Of a stretch of 64,000 bases of DNA, positions 1 through 14,764 are shown piece by piece; position 1 is the stretch's first letter, and each line of letters opens with the position of its first letter. The stretch lies in NCBI RefSeq assembly GCF_009914755.1, contig NC_060927.1, one strand, 5' to 3'. The stretch is from the human T2T-CHM13v2.0 reference genome, Homo sapiens. The notes below the pieces were generated by a model. That model saw nothing but the letters and a program-made list of their open reading frames with translations. It was not told where the DNA came from and searched no databases. The position numbers and the translations under genes were made by a program.

Positions 1-65
1 GAGATCACGGCACTGCACTCCAGCCTGGGCGACAGAGCAAGAATCCATCTCAAAAGAAAAAAAAA
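1..65 (+). mobile_element. Alu 3' end with A-tail (cut by window edge)
   Basis: GAGATCACGGCACTGCACTCCAGCCTGGGCGACAGAGCAAGAATCCATCTC followed by an A-rich tail. Confidence 0.95.
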
Positions 66-714
66 TTATAAATAATATGTTTATAATGTTATAAATAATA
101 TTTTCATATGCAATGGTGTTTATGCCATGTTATTGTCAGTATATTTTTCTTTCTTAACTTTTAAATTCCAGGTGTTTTGACCTGAGTACTGACACATTAT
201 TAATTCCTCCTTTTTCTTTCTCCGCAGGGGTTGGACTTCAGCTTTCATAATTCTGGGTATTGAATTGTGGCTATCACTATCCTACTGCATAGTGACTCAC
301 CAATGAAGAATCACATTTTTGTTCTAACTTACTAGAAGCAGAATCTACAACATCTTGGTGGGGCAAAAATGGTTGTGGTGCTCAACAGTGAAAGGGCCAA
401 TGCTTGGTTGGGTCCAGGCCTCAGACCTAAATTGGGTAAAAAACGTTGTACAAAATATCCAGTAGCAGCAAACGCCAGAGATTAAGAATTATGTGTAAAC
501 CTTGTCCTAGAGCACACTATAAATTAAAATGGGGAAGGAAACTCTTCTCTTAATTTCAAGGGATTTAAGGGGGACAAGAAGCCATTGAAATGAAGCCAAC
601 AGTGGCAAAAATAAACAAACAATAAATCAGATAATTTTCCAGTCATTTTCTAGAAAGGAGTCTACAGAGCCTGAGACACCTTGATTGACCTTTAGGTGAC
701 TTTACGTAGTTGGG

Positions 715-935
715 CTGTGATAGAAGCTAAGCTTATTTTAGCTGCTCTTGAAGACGGATGAAAAGTGTATAGTGGCTGAAACATGTTAGAAATTTATTTC
801 TTGTTCACCTAACACTACAAAAAATAGTATTTGCGCTCCACAGTCTATACAACCTAGTAATAATTCAAGGATTACTGTCTGTGCACCTAGGTAAAAGAAT
901 AAATGGGTGTGGTGAATTAGCTAGTCATTGTTATA
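715..935. mobile_element. Degenerate, internally deleted LTR33-like (ERVL) relic
   Basis: AGTGGCTGAAACATGTTAGAAATTTATTTCTTGTTCACCTAAC resembles one end of the LTR33 consensus as I recall it; highly diverged. Confidence 0.35.
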
Positions 936-2784
936 AACACCGTTATTTAAAGACACATGACTGACATTGATCTATCTAGAGAACTGGGTTTAAATGTTCA
1001 ATCTGCACCTCTTTTGATTGGTGATGATCTTGATCTGTACATATTTTTCATGTACTATAGCTGGATTCGCTGTCTACTATTTCTCAAGTTTCCTTGAGGG
1101 TAATCTAGATTACCTATTCCTATTCTATCCCAACTCTGAAATCCTTTCCTTTTTTTTCTGCAATTTCCTTTAAGGTCACTGAATACTCTCTAATAATGAT
1201 TGCTTGAAATATGATTGTCAATGTGTTAAGGAGGTTAACATAATTAATATGACATCTGTTAGCAATCTACAACTTGGAGATAATTGTTATGCATTTCTAA
1301 TGACATGTGAAAATGCTTTGAAAAAGCATGAGTTACTATGTAAATGCAAGTTAATATTAAGGGAAACCACGAGGTACTGTGAGTCTACTTTATTCCAATA
1401 CAAATGCTGTCTCCTTTCTATTGTACTTTCCTGTGCTACTATGTACTCTAGGTATCCATTGTTTTGTGCTTTGTGGGAGAGTAGACCCCTGAAGTGACCT
1501 CTGTGGACAAAAGATATAGATGACAGGGATGAAGTTGGAATGTCTGCCTAGTCTCTAAAATATAGAAATGATGAGAACTTTTTAATACATGGCCTTGCAG
1601 GTTGCCTCAGTGTGGCCTCAATGGCCTTGGGACATCATTATGAGTATGAGATTATTTAGGAAACGATATCCTTATAGTTCTCTATATAGCATTGTTTGCC
1701 CTATACCTTCTACCTCCCTACCCCAGCAATAATCAGCTTCATCAATATCGAAATGTTAAAAGTGTGGGAGAGAATAATTGAAATGTAAAAACTGAATCTT
1801 CATTTCCTTTCTTTCCTCTTTCCTTTCTTTCTACATCATTTTGTAAACATCCAATTCAATACGTAAAGTCACCTTATGTTGATTTTGACTGGCTTCCTCT
1901 CAGTTGACGTCTACATTTTTGAGGTATATAAGATTCCTAAATGTGTGGAGTCATGTCAGCTTCCCTCTTATCACCCTTATTAGTCTTCTGTGAGTTCAAT
2001 ATTCCCCATGGAAGAAGAAGAAGAAGAAACACAGATTACAGGAAGTTTAGGTTGCTTTCCTACTGTTGTGTAAACAACTGCTTGTCCCTTGACTCAGATT
2101 TTACGATAAAAATACTGGAGCCCTCCTGTTCTCAGGTCTGATTTGTGTAAACATCACCTCAGAATGCACTCACAATCAGCACCAGAAGCCTGCCAAGCTA
2201 AAGTTAAGAAAATAGCTGCAATCAATTATTGGTGCTTTTACATACTAATTTCCTTGCCATCTAAATGTGGATAAATAGAAAATCTAATTTTTATTATACC
2301 TTACCTACAACTATTAATAAATATTAATGCACATGACTGTGGCTGACCTCCTCCTAGATTTAAAATCAATGGTTGTTGATTAAGGTCTTTTGGGCAACAT
2401 TACAAAGCTGAAGACTTGCTATTTATTCCCATTGCCTATTCTCTGATCCCAAAACAGGTTAACAGTGAGCCTATTAAGAAGAGAAAAGTATTGGAGCACA
2501 ATCTGGTCAGATGAGAATACCTGAACAGGAAGGTATTCTTGTGCCTTTTGAAGCTATGCTGTGCCTTTTGAAGCTATATGGGGAATATAACATTGTTCAT
2601 TCATTCTTATCACTTGTGATTTTATTTCTGATTTTTCCATTTTTAATGACAAGAATACCCTTTACAGTCTTTTTTTATCCATATGCGAGCCAAGAGTAGC
2701 AAATTAAAGTATATATTTTTAATTTTATAATTTCTTATTTTTTTCTTGTTGATTTTAATCAAAATCCAAATTTATAAGAAATGG

Positions 2785-3823
2785 AAAACATTCCAAGATG
2801 GCTGAATAGGAACAGCTCCAGTCTACAGCTCCCAGCATGAGCAACACAGAAGACAGGTGATTTCTGCATTTCCAACTGAAGTACCGGGTTCATCTCATTG
2901 GGGCTTGTTGGACAGTGGGTGCTGGACAGTGGGTGCAGGACAGTGGGTGCAGCGCACTGAGCATGAGCTGAAGCAGGGCGAGGCTTCGCCTCACCCAGGA
3001 AGTACAAGGGGTCAGGGAATTCCCTTTCAGAGCCAAGTAAAGCTGTGACAGATGGCACATGGAAAATCGGGTCACTCCCACCCTAACACTGCGCTTTTCC
3101 AAAGGTCTTAGCAAACGGCACACCAGGAGATTATATCCCACCCCTGGCTTGGAGGGTCTCACGCCCACAGAGCCTCACTCATTGCTAGCACATGAGTCTG
3201 AGATAGAACTGCAAGGTGGCAGCTAGGCTGGAGGAGGGGCACCCACAATTGCTGAGGCTTGAGTAGGTAAACAAAATGGCCTGGAAGCTCGAACTGGGTG
3301 GAGCCCACTGCCGCTCAAGGAGGCCTGCCAGCCTCTGTAGACTCCACCTCTGGGGGCAGGGCATAGCCGAAAAAAAGGCAGCAGAAACCTCTGCTGACTT
3401 AAATGTCCCTGTCTGACAGCTTTGAAGAGAGTAATGGTTCTTCCCGCATGGAGTTTGAGATCTGAGAACGGACAGACTGCCTCCTCAAGTGGGTCCCTGA
3501 CCCCCAAGTAGCCTATCTGGGAGGTCCCCCCCAGTAGGGGCAGACTGACACCTCACACAGCTGGGTACTCCTCTGAGATGAGACCTCCAGCGGAACGATC
3601 AGACAGCAGCATTTGATGTTCAGCAATATTCGCTCTTCTGCAGCCTCCGCTGCTGATACCCGGGCAAACAGGGTCTGAAATGGACCTCCAGCAAACTCCA
3701 ACGATGTGCAGCTGAAGGTCCTGACTGTTAGAAGGAAAACTAACAAACAGAAAGGACATCCACACCAAAACCCCATCTGTACGTCACCATCATCAAAGAC
3801 CAAAGGTAGATAAAACCACAAAG
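2785..3823 (+). promoter_or_regulatory. L1 5'UTR internal sense and antisense promoter, with YY1 site CAAGATGGC at 2794-2802
   Basis: Position and motif match the known L1PA 5'UTR; many CpGs have decayed to TpG/CpA. Confidence 0.8.
3035..3249 (-). pseudogene. L1 ORF0 remnant (start codon lost, early stop)
   Basis: Minus strand reads I-V-G-A-P-P-P-A-stop where ORF0 begins MAGAPPPAS; downstream GVRPSKPGVGYNLLV...RVGVTRFS matches the ORF0 C-terminal half. Confidence 0.7.
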
Positions 3824-4838
3824 ATGGGGAAAAAACTGAACAGAAAAACTGGAAATACTAAAAATCAGAGCACCTCTCCTCCTCCAAAGGAACGCAGCTC
3901 CTCACCAGCAATGGAACAAAGCTGGACGGAGAATGACTTTGACGAGTTGAGAGAAGAAGGCTTCAGACAATGAAATTCTCTGAGCTAAAGGAGGAAGTTG
4001 GAACCCATAGCAAAGAAGTTAAAAACCTTGAAAAAAGATTAGACGAATGGCTAACTAGAATAACCAATGGAGAGAAGTCCTTAAAGGAACTGATAGAGCT
4101 GAAAACCATGGCACAAGAACTATGTGACGAGAGCACAAGCTTCAGTAGCCGATTCGATCAATTAGAAGAAAGGGTATCGGTGATTGAAGATCAAATGAAT
4201 GAAATGAAGTGAGAAGAGAAGTTTAGAGAAAAAAGAGTAAAAAGAAATGAACAAAGCCTCCAAGAAATATGGGACTATGTGAAAAGACCAAATCTGTGTC
4301 TGATTGATGTACCTGAAAGTGACAGGGAGAATGGAACCAAGTTGGAAAACACTCTGCAGGATATTATCCAGGAGAATTTCCCCAGCCTAGCAAGGCAGGC
4401 TAACATTCAAATTCAGGAAATACAGAGAACGCCACAAAGATACTCCTCAAGAAGACCAACTCCAAGACACATAATTGTCAGATTCACCAAAATTGAAATG
4501 AAGGAAAAAATGTTAAGGGCAGCCAGAGAGAAAGGTCGGGTTACCCTCAAAGGGAAGCACATCAGAATAACACTGATCTCTCGGCAGAAATTCTACAAGA
4601 CAGAAGAGAGTGGAGGCCAATATTCAACATTCTTAAAGAAAAGAATTTTCAACCCAGAATTTCATATCCAGCCAAACTAAGCTTCATAACTGAGGGAGAA
4701 ATAAAATACTTTACAGACAAGCAAATGCTGAGAGATTTTGTCACAACCAGGCCTGCCCTAAAAGAGCTCCTGAAGGAAACACTAAACATGGAAAAGAACA
4801 ACCAGTACCAGCCACTGCAAAAAAATGCCAAATTGTAA
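3824..4838 (+). pseudogene. L1 ORF1p (RNA-binding chaperone), disrupted
   Basis: ATG at 3824, TAA at 4836-4838; fragments EKRLDEWLTRIT and KRPNL...RHIIVRF; premature TGA at 4210-4212 plus frameshifts. Confidence 0.92.
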
Positions 4839-4901
4839 AGACCATCAAGGCTAGGAAGAAACTGCATCAACTAATGAGCAAAAGAACCAGCTAACATCAT
4901 A

Positions 4902-8722
<3,821 letters not shown>

Positions 8723-8930
8723 ACAATGAGAACACTTGGACACAGTAAGGGGAACATCACACACCAGGGCCTGTTGTGGGGTGGGGGGAGGGGGGAGGGA
8801 TAGCATTAGGAGATATACCTAATGTAAATGATGAGTTAATGGGTGCAGCACACCAATATGGCACATGTATACATATGTAACAAACTTGCACGTTGTGCAC
8901 ATGTACCCTAGAACTTAAAGTGTAATAAAA

Positions 8931-8960
<30 letters not shown>
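8931..8960 (+). repeat. (AT)n(AC)n microsatellite in place of the L1 poly(A) tail
   Basis: Directly follows AATAAAA at the L1 3' end. Confidence 0.9.
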
Positions 8961-8961
<1 letters not shown>

Positions 8962-10077
8962 ATTTGAAAGCCTTGGGTTCTATCTCTAATTTATAGGATG
9001 AATATATTTTTAAAATATTTTCTTATGTATATTTCTTCTTTAAATAATCACTAATATAGATACTGTGTGAGACACTGGAGACTCAAAGGCAGAGAGTACA
9101 AAATTCCTGCCCTTATGGAGATTATGACAACAAGGAATGCAAAGGAGGCTAAATAATTTTGTTCAAATAGTAAAGAGTAAAACTATATGCCTACCTGGAG
9201 CAGAGAGTATGAAACTGGGCATGTGAAATGCCAGTGTGTAAAATTACAACTTTATGAGTCTGAGCTTTCATAACTGCTTGGCCTCAAATGTGATCATCTA
9301 GAAGCATACATATATATTCATCTACACAGCAATGTGAAACTACTTAAAATTAACAAGATCCCCCCAAGATAATGCAGATGATGAAAGAAAAGAATAGCAT
9401 CAATCTCTGAATCCTGAGAAAGCATCTGGGAATAAGGGAAGATTTAGTAAATAAGATGTGAAATTAGGAAGTAAAGATTAAGATGATCACGATGTGGGTG
9501 AAGTTTGGAAAATGCAGAAATTCACAGAGATATCCATCCCACTCCATCAAGAGGAAAGGCTAGTGGAAACTATTGAATGCTAAAGAGATCCAGCAATCAG
9601 GCTCATGGACAGACATTATTATTGTCTTCTTTATTGTTAATGAAGATCTTCTTAAAGAGAAGTTAGTATTTTCTCTGTTTGCTCTTCCTTAAGCTGATGT
9701 ATCATTTCAAGTATGCCTATACAGGTTAATTATGTCATTGGGTATAAATACTTGATCATACAAAGAATTCTGTGATTTTTTAAAATGCCAAACTTAGTGG
9801 GCTTTTATATGCTTTATATATGTCTATGTAGTATATATTAAATATATTTTTATTTAATAGATAATATAATTATTTATTTATTTATTTAATAATTAATTAA
9901 TTATTTAATTAATTATTTAATATAATAATTAAAAATTAAATATATATTTAATATATTTTCACTTAAAGTACCTGGCTTCTTTATATGCTTTACTCACCAA
10001 AAACAGCGGATCCCTGGCAGGAATTTTGAATAAGGCACAGCTGCTGATCCTAGGCTAGACACTGTTCTCTCTAAATT

Positions 10078-10085
10078 TATCTATC

Positions 10086-10123
<38 letters not shown>

Positions 10124-10185
10124 TTATCATCTATCTATCTATCTATCTATCATCTATGTGTGTGTATGTACACACACACACATAC
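10078..10185. repeat. Compound (TATC)n tetranucleotide STR followed by short (TG)/(CA) runs
   Basis: Interrupted TATC run 10078-10156 read directly. Confidence 0.95.
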
Positions 10186-11699
10186 ATAAATAAGGTTTCA
10201 TTGAGCTCTGGAGTGGAGAGCGTACGAAATTTACTACTACTTGTAATATTATATTATGGGGAAAAAATTCATCCGACATTCCAATATCTGATTTCCAAAG
10301 CTTTGAAGCTCCCTGCATCTAAATTGAACACTTCCTGCAGTAGCTTGTAGAGTTTCAAAGCCACCTACTGACCCTATCAGTCATGAGATACTCAGGAATC
10401 TGTCCAGGATTTTTAGACATATCATTCTTGCTGCTCCTACATTTACAGCATCTTGAATCTCTGGCAAGGTGCCTTCACTTTCCATGGCAGATTTAAAACA
10501 CTGTGGTTTTTGCAGTTTTCTGAAATGGTAAACAACAAACGCAACTGAGTATTACTTACATCAAGCATGTATATTTCATTTGAAGCATGAGCTTAAAACT
10601 TCACAAAAATGCAAAGCCATAATCCACCCTTCAGGTAACAAACTGATTATATAATAGTTTTTGTACTTAACAGAAAATTAGAAATATTTCTGATAACCAT
10701 GCTAAAATGTGGGATAAAAACGGGCACCTGTGAATTACAAAGCTTTGTTGCCATCAAGAGGCTTCTACTGACATGAAAATGCCTATGTGATTTATTTTAA
10801 AAAGGCTTTTTACTTTGTAATTGCTAGTTAGGAAATATTTTAATGTATTTCAAATGTTTGTGAAAATTAAGAAATAGGAGTTGATTATCACATCTTGTGT
10901 GTGGTTTCTGTTTTCAATATATACATATTTTATTGCTTAGAAGGCTGATCTCTCAATTGTGGCTCTCAAAAAGAAAAAATGGGACCTAATAAGACCTTGC
11001 GTTCGTTTTGTAATTTTAGATCTTGAGCATTGTATTTTTTCCATGATTTTTTTTCTTTTCAGAATCAGCCCAAACAAAAGTTTTAAAGCAAAATTGGTTT
11101 CATATCCCCTCCCCTTCCTTCTTCCATTTCACTTTCTATAGTCTCTTGGTGACACTACAACTTGGCCTCAATTTTCTATCTCAAAAAAAAGAAAAACAAC
11201 AACAACAACTACGAAACGCAAACACAAACCCATCACTTTATCATCTACAATTTAGTTGGTTATTGTGAATGGAAAAATCCCTACATATAATTTCCAAGGA
11301 GCTCATGATTAATGCTATATATGTTAATTCTTCATTAGCAGTTTTAGAGATTAAAGACAATTATTCAAGACAAGTTTTGACACATTCAAGTTACTTTGAC
11401 AAGCATTAATAGAATGTATATTTTATGAAAAACATGATTTTAGATAATAGAGTGGTAAAAATGAATGATAAAAGAGGGTTGGGATCTAATATTTTATTGT
11501 TTTCATGTATTTTTTCATTTTCAAAGTAATGTAATACCATTCCTGTGTTTTTTTTTCAAATAAAGAAACTTAAGCTCAAAGTCCTAAGTTATTTGCTCAT
11601 GATGAAACAGTTTAAAAATATAAAGCATACATTTGAATACATGTCATCTGTTTCTGTGAAGCAGAATATGACAATAACATAAATAAGGCACAAATAAAG

Positions 11700-12420
11700 A
11701 CTATAGAAAACTGGAAAGTGAGGCAAAGAAGGAAAAAGAGGTCTTAGCAGTCTGGGCAGATGAGAAAATACACGATAATGAAGATAATATTTGGGACTGG
11801 CTTAAAGTATATGTAAATAAAATTCACTTAAAAGGTAGGAGTATTACAGTTTTAAGAGTCACAGCTTAATGATCAATGGCTTAATAAAAATTTAGACTAT
11901 AATAGGTAAAAGAGATACATTCATTTAGAAGAATTAGGAAGCATACATAGTGAAAAAGTGTGAGACGAGACCAGAAAAAAGTTAAATCATATCACTAAAA
12001 TCCAGGTATGTGTGATACAAAAGTTATAAGTTGTGTAGAAGACCAGGAGAGTCTTTGAAGACTTTTAAGGAACGAACTTATTCAGCCTGCATTTTAGTGT
12101 GAATAATGTAGATACAGCATCTAATTTGGATTAAAAATGAAATTTTAGTCTAGATAAGAAGTTATAATGGTCTGTTTTAGATTGGTAGCTGCATAAGTAA
12201 AAAGATGGGTAAGAGACATACACTTCAGTGAGATACAATTTATACTTGGCAACTAATTGTCAATAAATGAAGATGTCAATATTTCTAGGATTTGGAACTT
12301 GGGTGAATTGGGTGATCATGATAATAATATCAACATAAATTAATAGAGGAGGAAGAAGTGCATACTGTAGCGTGATGAGTGATTATTTATTATTTAAGAT
12401 TCCTGGAGAAAAGTTAAAGC
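11700..12420 (-). mobile_element. L2 relic
   Basis: Purine-rich antisense L2-like text such as TTTCTAGGATTTGGAACTTGGGTGAATTGGGTGATC; very diverged. Confidence 0.45.
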
Positions 12421-12659
12421 CAGATAAGTAGAAGTTATCACACAGCTCTAAAATTACTTCAGGTCATGCAGCAATGTTAGAAGAGGATCTATGTTTAGCT
12501 TGTTCTTCCACTCTAACCAACCATTACTTACCTCTCATTGGCATCCTCAGTCTATTTTTTCTTAGGTTTGGGATTTCTATCAGTATTACATATTTACAAT
12601 CTTTGATCTTAAGAAAGTGAGAACTACAGCAAACTAAAATGAAAATAAAATGATTTCAG

Positions 12660-14400
12660 TTACCATCTTATCTCTCTAGACTCTTTCAAAGTTTACCCTC
12701 CATATCCCTATTTCCCACTTATTCTTTAACTCGCTCCAATTTGGAATCCATTCCCTTTGCACCAACAAAGGTACCTCAATTGAAGTCTTTAATTATTTCA
12801 GTGTTGCAAAACTGCATAGTAACTCTGTCACATAATTAGATTTATCAAGAACATTCTATAAGATAATATTTTTTCTTGGAATGCATGACACTATACCCTC
12901 TTAGATAATTCTTTCTTACATTTAAGATCATCCTTTAGTCTCTTTCACAAAATTCAGCTCCTCAAAATATTTCTAAAACTGGACTGTTTTTCTTCATCTT
13001 TTTTTCCTCCTTCCTCTTCCCCTCTTCCTCCCGCATCCATTCCTATGGCTTCAAATACATTCTATACATGAATGGATTCACATTGGGTATCTTCATGCCA
13101 GACCTCTTTCTGGATGACAGATTTCTAAGCCCCAATGCTACTTGTGAGATTACTCTCTGGAATTTCAAAATCAAAATATTTATAACTGAACACTCTGTCT
13201 TCACCAGCCCTCTTTTAATCTTTTCCATCTCAGAAACAGGCCACACCTTTCCTCCTACTGATGGAACCAGAATCCTAGGAGCCAACTTTTACACATTTGT
13301 CTTCTTCACCTAACTCCGTCAATTTAAGAAGTTTATCGTCCTCCTAACCGGTTTCTTAGCCTCTACTTTATTCTTCCCCACAGCCCACACACACCAATCC
13401 ATTCTATTATAACATAGTGCATGCCATATTAAAATAGACCATCCTAGTTTAGAAACTTAGAAAGCAAAATAATGCAATAAATACTGTGAGCTGACACCAA
13501 AATTAAGCAGTAGAATGTTACCAAAATGATGCATCTACGGGTGGGCTCCACCTCATCCCACATCTTGCCTTCCCTCACTTCTCTAAGAGGTTATCAATAC
13601 CCTGAATACTGAGTGAAACTTTACTTAGATACTTGAAATAATTTTCTACATTTGTATGTATCTAAAAATATATTATTGTGGTGTTTTTAAATTTTGGATT
13701 TTTTTTAGTATTCAACAATTTTTAATAGGATATTATACTATTGGTTGATTTCTGGGATTTTTTTAAAATCAAGATGTTATTTCCAACATGCATAGATTCC
13801 AACTGATGAATTACCCAACTCTTTTGCTGGTTATATAGAAAGTAGATTACATTATGTCATTCTTCTAATTTTTGCTCTTTGAATTCTTCCCAAATCTACT
13901 AGCATAACCTAGAAGGTTCTGACCTTGCTCCCTTTTTTCATGTCACTAGCTCCTTTATCTTCTATATTACAACCATCCTGAATTTTTTTTTACTTCTTTT
14001 AATGCACCAAGTTCTTTTCCATTTCGGGTAATTGTATCAATGCTTTGTTTCCTCTGCCATGAATACACTTTCCACTCTGCCCCAAAGTCTTCATCTAGAA
14101 AATTCCTGCAAATTGTCTTCAGAAAGTTTTCTGATTCTTGTCTCTTAATCTACTCTCTCCCCTCAAAATTTACTGCTTTTATGAAACCCGTTACAACTTG
14201 AAAACTTCAATTCTTTCTTTTGTTAAATTTTGTTTGTTTTTTCATCCTTAATGTGAGGTGGGAGTGCATATTAACTGTTCAGACTATAATTTCCATGAGG
14301 GTAGTCACTGAGTGTCATTTAATACTACACACTTGTACCTAGTACTAGGCTCATAATAGATACTAAATAAAAGAATAAAACAGTGAAAATACTTTTCTCA
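12660..14400 (+). mobile_element. L2 relic including 3' end, probably interrupted by an old L1M fragment at ~13450-13850
   Basis: CTTTTCCATCTCAGAAACAGGCCACACC and the 3' end CCATGAGGGTAG...CTCATAATAGATACTAAATAAA are typical of L2. Confidence 0.55.
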
Positions 14401-14764
14401 CAACCTATAGGACATACTGCTGAAAAGAACGTGTAAGCTTCCCATTATTTGTTTGCAAGTTTTGAAATATATATTTATAGTGATATGATTAGTTTAATTA
14501 ATTAAAAGAGTGAAAATGTAACACATTATATTTGTGGATTAAGTATCAAGGTAAAATTCTGCCAAAAAAATCCTCATTCTAAATTTATTAATGCGCATCT
14601 TTTAGAAAACATAAGGATAATCAAGAGAAAACTAAACGTGGTAATTTTAAGTGCTGAATTATTATTCATTCATTGAGGGCAGCTTCATCATAAATTCCTT
14701 GAGAAACTTCTTTCTGAGCTGCTATTATCTTCTATATTCTATGATCTCTTTTTCCCATCATTCT

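Noticed and set aside
2540-2577. Short tandem duplications (also 18461-18484 and 31339-31377)
   Set aside because: Ordinary 12-20-bp slippage duplications with no spacers; not CRISPR-like, and CRISPR is not expected in primate DNA.
8776-8800. G-quadruplex-forming tract
   Set aside because: Standard feature of the L1PA 3'UTR, not specific to this locus.
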